A stretch of 64,000 nt of DNA from Alphaproteobacteria bacterium. Lineage in GTDB: Bacteria; Pseudomonadota; Alphaproteobacteria; Bin95. Position numbers and translations under genes: made by a program. The stretch spans positions 896,001 through 960,000 of the forward strand of contig OZ219786.1 in assembly GCA_964291285.2 (NCBI GenBank), given 5' to 3'. Below the pieces are notes generated by a model that had not been told where the DNA came from, did not search any database, and was given only the letters and a program-made list of their open reading frames with translations. Positions 12,322 to 21,552 of this stretch are shown here, piece after piece (positions within the stretch are counted from its first letter, which is position 1; every line of letters begins with the position of its first letter).

Positions 12322-12756
12322 ATGAACATGTCTGAAGAAGCGTATCCGCGGCGGCGGGCCTATGGCGAGGACCTGCGCCGCCTGGCGGTGACGGCGGTGC
12401 TGGAGGAGGGGATGAGCCTGGCGGCCGCGGGCCGGCGGTTCGGCGTGAGCGACATGAGCGTCGCAAGCTGGGTGAAGCGCTGGCATGAGCGCGGCCATCT
12501 GCGGCCCGATGCGAAGGGCGGCGACCGCAAGTCCTGGCGCATCGAGGCGGAGCGGGAGCGGATTTTCCGCATCCTGGAGCGCCACCCGGCGATCACGCTG
12601 CGCGCGCTGCGCGACCGGCTGGCCGCCGAGGGCGCCGTGTTCGGGGCCTCCACCGTGCAGCGCTTCCTGAAGCGCCACGGCCTGAGGCGCGAGCGCCGCT
12701 TCAGCGGCCGCCTCGACACCCTCCGCCGCAAACGCGCGGCCGCCGGGCGCGGGTGA
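12322..12756 (+). CDS. Orphan IS630-family transposase N-terminal (tandem HTH) protein, no DDE domain
   Basis: AYGEDLRR..V..EG.S..AA.RRFGVS...V..WVKR...GGDRKS...P.ITL..L...L....STV.RFLKRHG; AAGGAGG RBS. Confidence 0.8.
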   Translation: MNMSEEAYPRRRAYGEDLRRLAVTAVLEEGMSLAAAGRRFGVSDMSVASWVKRWHERGHLRPDAKGGDRKSWRIEAERERIFRILERHPAITLRALRDRLAAEGAVFGASTVQRFLKRHGLRRERRFSGRLDTLRRKRAAAGRG

Positions 12757-12774
12757 CGGCGCGCCGCCACCGTT

Positions 12775-12903
12775 CCCCCCTCCCGCTGGGCGGGAGGGGT
12801 CGGGGGAGGGCCTCTCGGCGCGCACGGACGGTTGCCGGGCTTCGCCCGCCGGCCTGACGGCCGGGCCCCTCTCCCAGCCTCTCCCCGCAACCGGGGAGAG
12901 GGG
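12775..12903. repeat. REP/REPIN-like element, family A, inverted copy
   Basis: Reverse complement of 9635-9763 with a few changes. Confidence 0.85.
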
Positions 12904-12956
12904 AGCTATTCGGCGGTGGCTCCCGGAGGCGGCCCGGTCGGCGCACAGGGCAAAGA

Positions 12957-13382
12957 TCAGGGCGCGAGGACCGTGAACCCCTCGCGGGACGCCGCTTCGT
13001 TCAGACGTGTGTCGAAGCACACGAAGCCGACGCCGGAAGGGTCCTCCTCCGCGCTTGCCAGCGCCGCCGCAAGCTGGAGGCTGTCCGCCGCCCGGAGCGG
13101 ATGCACGCGGAGCAGGCGCTGCGCCAGATCCCTGACGCGCCGGCCCGGCTGGACTTCGTACCACACCTGCGAGAGGGCATGGAGGCGCCGGATAACGCCG
13201 GACGCTTCGGCCGTCGTCAGGCTCCCCTCGCGTTCGCGCCGCGAAACGGCCGCGACATACTCGACCGTCGATCCCCACCAGACGGCCATGCGGTCGTCCG
13301 CCTCCAGCACGCGGACGGCGAACTGCCGGTGTCTTTCGTCGACGCTGAGGGCGATGAGGGCGGAGGTGTCCCAGAAGTTCAA
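12957..13382 (-). CDS. vapC: PIN-domain (VapC family) toxin
   Basis: FWDTSAL, E, LRAADSLQLAAA, FVCFDTRL acidic residues. Confidence 0.9.
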   Translation of the reverse strand: MNFWDTSALIALSVDERHRQFAVRVLEADDRMAVWWGSTVEYVAAVSRREREGSLTTAEASGVIRRLHALSQVWYEVQPGRRVRDLAQRLLRVHPLRAADSLQLAAALASAEEDPSGVGFVCFDTRLNEAASREGFTVLAP

Positions 13383-13705
13383 CGGCCGCCTTCCAGGCGC
13401 TCTTCCGAGCGTTCCTCCAGCAGGGCGTCCAGAATCCCGGCGCCCGCTCCGAGCGGCGTGTCCAGCACCGTCAACGGGCTCCCCTCCCTGCGGCGCGACA
13501 GCGTTCCCGCGCGCTCCAGCCGGGCAATCCTGGCGTCGCCGTCCACCTCGTCAGCTCCGCTGCCGCCGTCCACGCCCCGTCCGACGGGAACGATGCGCGC
13601 CACGGGGACCGTGCGGTCAAGCACCAGCACCGATTCGCCCGACCGAACCCGGCGGAGATAAGCGCTCAGGCCGTTTTTCACCTGGGAAACCGTAACCCGG
13701 ATCAT
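13379..13705 (-). CDS. Phd/YefM-type antitoxin
   Basis: VTVSQVKNGLSAYLRRVRSGESVLVLDRTVPVARIVP; 4-bp overlap with toxin; alternative start 13738. Confidence 0.88.
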   Translation of the reverse strand: MIRVTVSQVKNGLSAYLRRVRSGESVLVLDRTVPVARIVPVGRGVDGGSGADEVDGDARIARLERAGTLSRRREGSPLTVLDTPLGAGAGILDALLEERSEERLEGGR

Positions 13706-13727
13706 GAGTTCGCTCCCGACTTCCTTC

Positions 13728-13744
13728 CTGGCCATATTAGCCAG
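13728..13744 (-). promoter_or_regulatory. Candidate TA autoregulatory operator overlapping a -10 element
   Basis: CTGGC-N7-GCCAG palindrome; minus strand contains TAATAT. Confidence 0.45.
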
Positions 13745-13832
13745 ATCGACGGGGCCGGACAAGCCGCCTCCGCGCCGTTCGAGGCCGGACGGCCTCCCTC
13801 CGTCATGCCCGAACGGCCCCCTCGCCGCTCCG

Positions 13833-13909
13833 GCCGCCGCCGTTCCCCCCTCCCGCCGGGCGGGAGGGGTCGGGGGAGGGCCTCACGGCGCGCGCGGACG
13901 GTTGCCGGG
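13833..13909. repeat. Family A half-copy; direct repeat of 12763-12839
   Basis: 77 bp with 4 mismatches counted by eye. Confidence 0.9.
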
Positions 13910-13910
13910 A

Positions 13911-15224
13911 TCACAGGGCGAAGGTTCGCCTGAGCCTCGGATAGGCGAGTGCCAGGCCCGCGCCGCGCAGGGCGTAGAACAGCCAGAGCGCGATCCAGAG
14001 GCCGTGGTTGCCGAGCGGGCCCGGCAGCAGGAACAGCCCGGCGGCATAGGCCGCGAAGGCAACCGCCATGGTGACGAGCATCCAGCGGGTCGCCGAGAAC
14101 CCCAGATAGATTCCGTCATACGCATAGGCCCAGACCGCGACCAGCGGCGTCAGCGCGCCCCACAGCATCCAGCCGGCGGCCGCGTCGCGCACCTCCGGCA
14201 GCGAGGTCATGACGGCCACCAGAAGGCCGCCGGCGGCCAGGAAAATGCCGGAGAGCAGCGCGGCCGCGCCGACCGACCAGGCGAGAACGGCCCGTATGAC
14301 CTCCCGGAGCGCGCTGCCGCGGCGCCGCCCGACCGCATCGCCGACCAGCGCCTCCCCCGCATGGGCGACGCCGTCGAGCGCGAAGGAGGCGAAGATGACG
14401 AAATGCACGAGGATCTGGTTCGCCGCGAGCACCGTGTCGCCGGCCGCCGCGCTCTTGGCGAGGAAGGCCGCATTGGCGGTGACGACGCAGAGCGACCTGA
14501 TGGTGATGTCCCGGTTGATCGCGACGAGGCGCAGCAGCCGCACCCGGTCGAACACCGGCCCGCGGCCGGCAGGCAGGCGCTTCAGCCGCCGGCGCACGGC
14601 GACCACGGCGACGGCGAGGCCGAGATACTCCCCGATGAGCGTGGCGAAGGCGACGCCCTCGACGCCCCAGCCGAAGCCCATGACGAACACGACGTCGAGG
14701 ACCATGTTGGTGACGTTGACGGTGACCTGGAGGACGAGCGGCGTGCGCGAGTCCTCCAGCCCGTAGAACCAGCCGATGACCGCGAAGATGGCGAGGTTGG
14801 CGGGCGCGGTCCACACGCGGATGAAGAAGTAGGTGCGCGCGTGCTCCTCGACCTCCGCGCTCGCCTCGACAAGCCCGAAGGCGAGCGCGGCGATGGGCCC
14901 CTGCAGCAGGACGATCAGGGCCGCCGCGCCGCCGGCGAGCGTCAGCGCGCGCCAGAGCATCGCGCGCACCTCGCCCCAGTCCTCCCGCCCGCGCGCCCGG
15001 GCGGTCGGCCCGGTGGTGCCCATCCTCAGGCAGTTGAGCAGGTGGAACAGGAAGTTGAAGATCATCGCGCCGATGGCGACCGCGCCGATGTAATACGCCG
15101 CGTCGAGATGGCCCATCACGGCAGTGTCCACCGCGCCGATCAGCGGCACCGAGACATTGGACACGACAATCGGCCCCGCCATGCGCCAGATGCGCCGCGA
15201 CAGGGCGGGAGTCACGCCTGGCAC
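13911..15224 (-). CDS. MATE family efflux transporter (DinF-like)
   Basis: PLIGAVDTAVMGHL, LRMGTTG, ALDGVAHAGEALVG; about 12 TMs. Confidence 0.93.
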   Translation of the reverse strand: MPGVTPALSRRIWRMAGPIVVSNVSVPLIGAVDTAVMGHLDAAYYIGAVAIGAMIFNFLFHLLNCLRMGTTGPTARARGREDWGEVRAMLWRALTLAGGAAALIVLLQGPIAALAFGLVEASAEVEEHARTYFFIRVWTAPANLAIFAVIGWFYGLEDSRTPLVLQVTVNVTNMVLDVVFVMGFGWGVEGVAFATLIGEYLGLAVAVVAVRRRLKRLPAGRGPVFDRVRLLRLVAINRDITIRSLCVVTANAAFLAKSAAAGDTVLAANQILVHFVIFASFALDGVAHAGEALVGDAVGRRRGSALREVIRAVLAWSVGAAALLSGIFLAAGGLLVAVMTSLPEVRDAAAGWMLWGALTPLVAVWAYAYDGIYLGFSATRWMLVTMAVAFAAYAAGLFLLPGPLGNHGLWIALWLFYALRGAGLALAYPRLRRTFAL

Positions 15225-15267
15225 GCACTGCCGCCCGGTTCAGCCATCATGCCCGAACGCCCCTTTC

Positions 15268-15397
15268 CGTCACCCCGGACTTGATCCGGGGTCCATCTCC
15301 GGTTCTCGCGGCTGCCTCGGCGGGTTGGGCCTGCCCTCCACCGGTTGCGGCAGACGCAGACGGTCAGGGATGGACCCCGGATCAAGTCCGGGGTGAC
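15268..15397. repeat. REPIN-like element, family B, inverted copy
   Basis: Both REP arms and the spacer are homologous to the reverse complement of 11902-12031. Confidence 0.9.
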
Positions 15398-15461
15398 AGT
15401 TGTGGGCCGTGCAGTGCAAAGCCAGCGCCACAGATGTGTGCATGCGGCAGGGGCCGGGGGA

Positions 15462-16751
15462 TCAGCGGTAGACCAGGGTCGGCAGGTAGAGCGCCAGGTC
15501 CTCGTAGGCGATCAGCAGCGCGACCATGACCAGCATGGACACCACGAAGGGGATCGACCCGTAGGCGACGTCGTTGAACTTGCCGCCGCGCGAGCGGATG
15601 CCGTGGACGACATAGAGGTTGACGCCGATGGGCGGGGTGATGAGCGCGGTCTCCATCAGCACGGTGATCATCACGCCGAACCAGACCGGGTCGAACCCCA
15701 TCTGCACCACGATGGGGAAGATCACCGGCACGGTGGTCAGCATCATGGAGAGCGTTTCCATGAACATGCCGAGGATCAGGTAGAAGATCACCAGCAGGAT
15801 CATGAACTCCAGCGGCGTCAGGCCCAGCTCCGCCATGAAGTGGATCATCGCCTGGGTGACGCCGATGAAGCCCAGCACGAAGTTGAGGAACACCGCCGCC
15901 AGGATGATGAGCATGATCATCGCCGTGGTGCGCATGGTGCCCTCGAAGGCCTCGCGCAGCATGGAGAGCCTGAGCGTGCCGGTCGAGGCGGAGAGGATGA
16001 GCGCGAAGCACACGCCGACCGACGCGGCCTCGGTCGGCGTCGCCAGCCCGGCATAGATCGAGCCGACCACCACCACGAACAGCAGGATCGGCGGCACGAG
16101 GTCCGGCAGGGTGCGGATGCGGGTGCGCCAGTTGGTCTCGACGCGCGCCCCGCCCCATTCGCGCCGCCAGAGGCAGGCGACGGCGATGGCGGTCATGAAC
16201 AGCGCCGAAAGGATCGCCCCCGGTATGATGCCGGCGAGATAGAGCTCCGGCACCGAACTGTCGGTCAGCAGGCCGTAGAGGATGAGGTTGATCGAGGGCG
16301 GGATCAGGATGCCCAGCGTGCCGCCGGCCGCCAACGAGCCCAGGAACAGGCGCTCATTGTAGGAGTGGCGTTCGATCTGCGGGTAGGCGACGGTGCCGAC
16401 GGTGGCGGCGGTCGCCACGGACGAGCCCGAAGACGCGGCGAAGATGGCGCAGGAGCCGATATTTGCGTGCATCAGCCCGCCCGGCAGCCAGGACAGCCAT
16501 TGCGCGACGGCGGTGTACATGCGCGCGGCGATGCCCGCCCGGAGCATGATCTCGCCGAGCAGGATGAACATCGGCACCGCGACCAGGATGAACTCCTTGC
16601 TCTTGTCCCAGACGAATTCGCCGATGGCGGGCGTGAGCCGGCCGCCGAAATACATCGAGTCGAGGCCGAAGGAGAGAATGCCGAGAATGGCCGCCACGGG
16701 CACCGCGGCGACCACCAGCAGCATCAGCGCGACGAGGATCCCCACGACCAT
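15462..16751 (-). CDS. TRAP transporter large permease (DctM family)
   Basis: AVPMFIL, SGSSVATAA, GGTLGILIPPS, ITPPIGVNL. Confidence 0.96.
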   Translation of the reverse strand: MVVGILVALMLLVVAAVPVAAILGILSFGLDSMYFGGRLTPAIGEFVWDKSKEFILVAVPMFILLGEIMLRAGIAARMYTAVAQWLSWLPGGLMHANIGSCAIFAASSGSSVATAATVGTVAYPQIERHSYNERLFLGSLAAGGTLGILIPPSINLILYGLLTDSSVPELYLAGIIPGAILSALFMTAIAVACLWRREWGGARVETNWRTRIRTLPDLVPPILLFVVVVGSIYAGLATPTEAASVGVCFALILSASTGTLRLSMLREAFEGTMRTTAMIMLIILAAVFLNFVLGFIGVTQAMIHFMAELGLTPLEFMILLVIFYLILGMFMETLSMMLTTVPVIFPIVVQMGFDPVWFGVMITVLMETALITPPIGVNLYVVHGIRSRGGKFNDVAYGSIPFVVSMLVMVALLIAYEDLALYLPTLVYR

Positions 16752-16755
16752 GGCG

Positions 16756-17352
16756 TCAGTCCTCCTGCACGCTGGTCTGGAGGTTCATGCCATGGGTTTC
16801 GGCCTCGATCTCCTCGGCGACGCTCGGCACGCCGGCGATGCGCTTGACGAGGTCGAGGTCGCTGCGCAGAAGGCCGACCATCGTGTAGAGGAAGACGAAC
16901 AACAGAACGAATTCGAAGAAAACCAGTCCCGACGCCCAGAATAACTGCGGAATCCACAGGGGGGTGGCCAAAGTCGTGATCGAGACCGAGTCCCTGTCCC
17001 AGGACACCTCGAAAGCGCCCCAGGCCCGGTGTGCGAGCACGCCGTTATAGATCAGCAGCAGGGCCACGGCGACCGTGTCCAGAACGGCGCAGACCCAGCG
17101 CGGCAGGAAATTGTAGAGCGCGTCGATGCGGATATTCGCACGGTGGAGCAGGCAATAGCTGTAGGCCCAGGTCGTGCCTGCGGCAAAGACATAACCGGAG
17201 ATTTCGTCCGCGCCGCTCATGGTCACGTTGAAGACCTTGCGGCTGACCACATCGAGCGTGACGAGGATTGCCGCAATCAGCAGGGCGCCGCCGCCGATCC
17301 AGACCGCCCGGCGGGAGATCCACTCGAGGCCCCCGTGTATGCGCTCCAACAT
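16756..17352 (-). CDS. TRAP transporter small permease (DctQ family)
   Basis: 4 TMs, DVVSR, EISGY, NIRID; lies between dctP and dctM. Confidence 0.92.
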   Translation of the reverse strand: MLERIHGGLEWISRRAVWIGGGALLIAAILVTLDVVSRKVFNVTMSGADEISGYVFAAGTTWAYSYCLLHRANIRIDALYNFLPRWVCAVLDTVAVALLLIYNGVLAHRAWGAFEVSWDRDSVSITTLATPLWIPQLFWASGLVFFEFVLLFVFLYTMVGLLRSDLDLVKRIAGVPSVAEEIEAETHGMNLQTSVQED

Positions 17353-17416
17353 GCCACCTCCGTCCCCCCTTGCGTTCCGGCGGGCGCCCGCCGGTCGGCG
17401 CGGGCGTATCGACCGG

Positions 17417-17447
17417 AAAAACGGGGCGCCGCCGCAGCGGCGCCCCG
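17417..17447 (-). terminator. Intrinsic terminator or mRNA-stabilising hairpin after the TRAP binding protein gene
   Basis: CGGGGCGCCGC-loop-GCGGCGCCCCG followed by T5 on minus strand. Confidence 0.65.
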
Positions 17448-17480
17448 GTCGCTCCTGTGCGGGGCCGCGCCCCGGCCGGA

Positions 17481-18557
17481 CTACAGGCTCGCTTCGATCC
17501 CTGCGATCTTGCCGATGGTCGCGTTCCACTCATCGACGCATTTCTGCGTGCCGCAGCGCTCGGCCCAGCGCTTGACGACGAAGTCGGACACGATCTGCTT
17601 CAGCTTGTCGCGGTCGGCGTCCGACACCTCGATCGGCGTCATGCCGCCCGGCTCGCCCAGGTCGCACGGGCCCGAGGCGTTGCAGTCCATGCCGCGCTGG
17701 TCGTTCTTCTGCGCCGCATCCCACATTTCCTCTTCGAGCTTCTCCAGCTCGGCCACGATGAGGTTCTGCGCGTCGGGCGTCAGGCTTTCCCAGCTCTTGT
17801 TGTTCATGACCAGCGCCGACGAGGCGTAGCCCAGCCGGATGCGGATATTGTGGGTCACCACCTGCCACCACTTGGCGTTGTAGGCCGGCAGGGTGCCGGT
17901 GAGGCCGCAGTCCGCCACGCCCTTCTGCAGGGCCGGCACGACCTCGGCGAAGGCGATGGTCACCGCGCTGCCGCCGACGCCCTCGACGAAATCGCCGAGC
18001 GTGGTCGAATAGACGCGGATCTTCTTGCCCTCGAGGTCGTCGAGCGAGAACTGGGTGATACTCTTGTCGCCGAGGTTGCACCAGAGCTGCTGGCTCGGCC
18101 ACGCATACATCATCAGCAGCTTGGCGTCGTATTTCTCGTCGAACTCCCGCTCCAGGATCGGCGTGTAGGCCTCGACGGCCTTGCGGTAGTCGCCGAAGTC
18201 CTGGATGACGCCCGAAAGGTCGGTGCCTTCGAGGGCGGGGCTGTCCTGCGAAATGTAGGTCGTCACGACATGGGCGGCGTCGTAGGTGCCGAGCTTCAGC
18301 AGGCGCATCAGCTCGAAACCGGAGAGGCCGAGCTGGTCGTTCGGCTTGGCGTTGGCGGTCAGCGCGCCTCCGGTGGCCTCCGGCAGTATCTTCTGCCAGA
18401 ACTTGCTCTCGCGCTCCTTCCAGTGGTCGAGGAAGCTCCAGGTCCCGACCACCGTGAACTCCTTCTTGCCATAGTCGGCAGCCCCGGCGACGCCCGCTCC
18501 CAGCGCAATTGCGCCTGCGACGGCGGCCGCGGCAACAGTCTTCATCCCCTGCAACAT
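17481..18557 (-). CDS. TRAP substrate-binding protein (DctP family)
   Basis: Signal peptide, DLEGKKIRV, FAEVVPALQKGVADC. Confidence 0.93.
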   Translation of the reverse strand: MLQGMKTVAAAAVAGAIALGAGVAGAADYGKKEFTVVGTWSFLDHWKERESKFWQKILPEATGGALTANAKPNDQLGLSGFELMRLLKLGTYDAAHVVTTYISQDSPALEGTDLSGVIQDFGDYRKAVEAYTPILEREFDEKYDAKLLMMYAWPSQQLWCNLGDKSITQFSLDDLEGKKIRVYSTTLGDFVEGVGGSAVTIAFAEVVPALQKGVADCGLTGTLPAYNAKWWQVVTHNIRIRLGYASSALVMNNKSWESLTPDAQNLIVAELEKLEEEMWDAAQKNDQRGMDCNASGPCDLGEPGGMTPIEVSDADRDKLKQIVSDFVVKRWAERCGTQKCVDEWNATIGKIAGIEASL

Positions 18558-18683
18558 CTAAGGTTCTCCCGTTTCGGTTAACACCGGCGGCGGCAGTCTG
18601 GCACAGACCCCGCCTGCAAGGAAGCCCGCAGAATGCTAGGCTTCCGGCGGCGGAAGCCGCTTCGAAGGCGTGGGATACAGGCA

Positions 18684-19598
18684 ATGGCGGACGGCAACAC
18701 GGTCGGATTCATCGGGCTCGGCGTGATGGGCGAGCCGATGTGCCGGAACATTCTGGGCAAGTCTGGCCGGCGGGTGCTGTGCCACGACCTCAGCCCCGAG
18801 CCGGCGGCCCGCCTCGCGGCCGAGGGCGCGGAGGCGGCGGAGCCGGAGGAGATCGCGCGGCAGGCCGGAACGGTGCTGCTGTCGCTGCCCGGCGGGCCGC
18901 AGGTGCGCAGCGTCTGCCTGGGCGACGGCGGGCTGGTCGCGGCGATGGGGCCGGGACAGGTGCTGGTGGACTGCTCGACCGCCCCGCCGGCGCTCGCCCG
19001 TGAACTGGCGGAAACCTGCGCCGGGCGCGGCATCGCCTTTGCCGATGCGCCCGTCGCCCGCACCGCGCAGGCCGCCATCGACGGCACGCTGTCGATCATG
19101 GTGGGCGCCACGGAGGAGACCTTCGGGCGCATCCGCCCGCTGCTCGACTGCATGGCCGCCGAGGTCACCCATTGCGGCGGCGCGGGCGCGGGCCAGGCGG
19201 TCAAGCTGCTGAACAACATGGTGGTCGCGATGACGGTGGTGGCGCTTGCCGAAGCGCTCTCGGCGGCCCGCGCGTCGGGGGCGGTGGACGGCAGGGTGCT
19301 GTTCGAGACCCTGGCGCGCAGCTCCGCCGACAGCTTCGTGCTGCGCAACCACGGCATGAAATGCCTGCTGACCGGCGAGCACCCGACCGAGGGCGCCTTC
19401 CCGACCGACTACATCCTGAAGGACCTCTCCTACGCGCTCGACTTCGCGGAAGGCGCCGGGATGGAGATGCGCGCCGCCAACGTCACCCGCGACCTCATGG
19501 AGCGCACCCGCGACGCCGGCTTCGCCCGGAACTACTACACCGCGGTCGTCGAGACGCTCGGCCCGCGCCGGCCGGCGGGCGGCGCGGCAAGCCCCTAG
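18684..19598 (+). CDS. Beta-hydroxyacid dehydrogenase (3-hydroxyisobutyrate dehydrogenase family)
   Basis: GFIGLGVMG, DAPV, GTLSIMVG, KLLNN, KDL. Confidence 0.92.
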   Translation: MADGNTVGFIGLGVMGEPMCRNILGKSGRRVLCHDLSPEPAARLAAEGAEAAEPEEIARQAGTVLLSLPGGPQVRSVCLGDGGLVAAMGPGQVLVDCSTAPPALARELAETCAGRGIAFADAPVARTAQAAIDGTLSIMVGATEETFGRIRPLLDCMAAEVTHCGGAGAGQAVKLLNNMVVAMTVVALAEALSAARASGAVDGRVLFETLARSSADSFVLRNHGMKCLLTGEHPTEGAFPTDYILKDLSYALDFAEGAGMEMRAANVTRDLMERTRDAGFARNYYTAVVETLGPRRPAGGAASP

Positions 19599-20821
19599 CC
19601 GACGCCGGGGATGGGAATCGGAAACGGCGGGTCCTCGTCATCGTCATCGGCCGCCCGGAATTCCGGCGCCGCCATGCCAAACCCCCAGCCGGGCACGGTG
19701 TGGAAGCCGGTCGTCCCCGACGCGGTAAGCCCGTGGCCCGTCTCTCCCACGCCGGGGATGGGCACCGGAAACGGCGGGTCCTCGTCGTCGTCATCGGCCG
19801 CCCAATCGAGCGCGGCGCGGAATTTCGACACCGGCATACCGCCCCACCAACCGGGCGCCGTCCCGTCTATCCAGGGCTGCGGCGTCGGGCAGGGCAGCGG
19901 CCCTGTCGGCCAGGGCAAGGGGCAGGGGCAAGAGCCGCCGGAACTCATGTCGTCGATCCCGCCGGCCACCAGTCTCTGCACCGTTGCGCCCCACCGATGA
20001 TCCGGCATGCGAGCCACCGTCATGGTCATGGCACCCGTTTCCGGGTCGGCGACCTTCGTTCCGGGGGCCGCCCAGCCGCCCGCCGCGCCCATGCTCGTCG
20101 CGATCCACGGCCATGGCCGTGGACAAGGCGGAGAGGGACAGGGGCAGCAACACGGACATGCGTCTTCGACAGGAATCATGTTCACATAGTCGATCTCGCC
20201 GGATACAAGGCTCCGCACCGCCGCATCGGCGCGAAGGCAGTCGAAGCCGATGCGCTCCTCCGCCTTGCCGTAGACCTGCAGCGCCTCGCGCATCATGTCC
20301 TTGAGGAACCGGTCCATATTTCCCCGGTTCAGGACGCCGCCGTATTTCTCCCTGAGGAGGGCGTCCAGGCGCTCCTGCATCTCGCGGTCCGCATTGACCG
20401 GCACCACCATCTGCACCGGCAGGCTCCCTCCGAAAACAGGGCCGTAACCGGCGCCCGTCCCCGTCCAGTAGACCGGACCTCCGAACACCATGGCCGCATA
20501 TCCGGACGCCATATATTCCGGCCACCCGGAATCGTCGTATTTCATCCCGACCGGATAGTCTGGCGGCCGCAAGCCCGGCTCGACCGGCGCCGCCGTCCGC
20601 ACCAACAGGCTCCCTTCGAAAGCGGGGCCGTAACCGGCGCCCGTCCCGATCCCGTACGGACTTGCGGGCGCCACGGCCGTATACCCGAGCGCCGGATTCA
20701 TCCGCCATTCAAGGCTCGCGCCGCCGGCTGCCGCCGACCCCGCCGAACCCAGGACCGATACGCCTGCAACCGCCGCAGCCGCGACGGCCAGACGGAACCG
20801 TTGCCTCTTCGATCTGGTCAT
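19595..20821 (-). CDS. Hypothetical secreted Pro/Cys/Trp-rich protein with three pairs of internal repeats
   Basis: N-terminal signal peptide ending in AAA, AAGGA RBS, repeats preserved in frame; no family recognised. Confidence 0.75.
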   Translation of the reverse strand: MTRSKRQRFRLAVAAAAVAGVSVLGSAGSAAAGGASLEWRMNPALGYTAVAPASPYGIGTGAGYGPAFEGSLLVRTAAPVEPGLRPPDYPVGMKYDDSGWPEYMASGYAAMVFGGPVYWTGTGAGYGPVFGGSLPVQMVVPVNADREMQERLDALLREKYGGVLNRGNMDRFLKDMMREALQVYGKAEERIGFDCLRADAAVRSLVSGEIDYVNMIPVEDACPCCCPCPSPPCPRPWPWIATSMGAAGGWAAPGTKVADPETGAMTMTVARMPDHRWGATVQRLVAGGIDDMSSGGSCPCPLPWPTGPLPCPTPQPWIDGTAPGWWGGMPVSKFRAALDWAADDDDEDPPFPVPIPGVGETGHGLTASGTTGFHTVPGWGFGMAAPEFRAADDDDEDPPFPIPIPGVG

Positions 20822-21552
20822 GTTCCTTGCTCCATCGATGCCGACGGCTTCCCGGCCTCCATGAGTTTCGCCAGGAATTCGGTCAACATCTCGCCCTTCA
20901 CGACAATCTTGCCATTGACGGACTGATTCCGGGTTCGCTTCGGCAGCCCCTTGAGTTGCTCCAACTCCCGATCTCCGATGTCATCACCTTTGAGCCTGTA
21001 TCCGTAGCGGCGCATCCAATCATGTTGCAGGTACAGGTCAACCAGCCCCATGCCTTCCAGAGTGTGGAGCCGATACACCATCGCCTTGCCCACATCCGCA
21101 AGGTCCTGGGCGATCTCCCACCTCCTGCCCGCATAGCCGGCGGCTTCGACCTTGGCTTCGACCTTAGCTTCGGTCTCCGCTACAAGAAGGGATAACACCT
21201 GTACCTGCCGGCATTCGAGGTCGTCCAGCAGCTGGAGCAACCGGGGATCGGACGACAGGACGCGCCACCTGTTACCCGTCCGGGGCCAATGAATATGGCC
21301 CTCGCGGGTACCGTCATCCTTTCTGTGGTCTCCCCACCAACTGAACGCCGACTCCCAAGGCCCAGCCAACTCCCGTGTCAGCAGCTCATAGGACGCGGAT
21401 GCGGCTCCCTCATACGGCGAGACGCGATCCAGCATCGAGAGCCCCTGCCGATTCAATCGACCTTCCAGCACGTCGCCATAGACCTGCGGCGCCAGAAAGA
21501 GGCCGATGCCCCACTCCCTGAATGGCCGCTGCTGAGGATCGCGCTCGCACAT
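20818..21552 (-). CDS. Hypothetical protein with probable winged-HTH domain
   Basis: RQVQVLSLL...WEIAQDLADVGKAMVYRLHTLEGMGLVD; ATG 21552 with AGGA upstream (alternative TTG 21594); 4-bp overlap with next gene. Confidence 0.55.
   Translation of the reverse strand: MCERDPQQRPFREWGIGLFLAPQVYGDVLEGRLNRQGLSMLDRVSPYEGAASASYELLTRELAGPWESAFSWWGDHRKDDGTREGHIHWPRTGNRWRVLSSDPRLLQLLDDLECRQVQVLSLLVAETEAKVEAKVEAAGYAGRRWEIAQDLADVGKAMVYRLHTLEGMGLVDLYLQHDWMRRYGYRLKGDDIGDRELEQLKGLPKRTRNQSVNGKIVVKGEMLTEFLAKLMEAGKPSASMEQGT

Noticed and set aside
13803-15263. 13-bp direct repeat TCATGCCCGAACG on both sides of the MATE gene
   Set aside because: It is short and lies next to different repeat families; chance cannot be excluded.
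9635-15397. CRISPR array or integron cassette array interpretation of the repeats
   Set aside because: The repeats are dispersed, of several families and mixed orientation, with no regular spacers, cas genes, intI or attC core sites seen.
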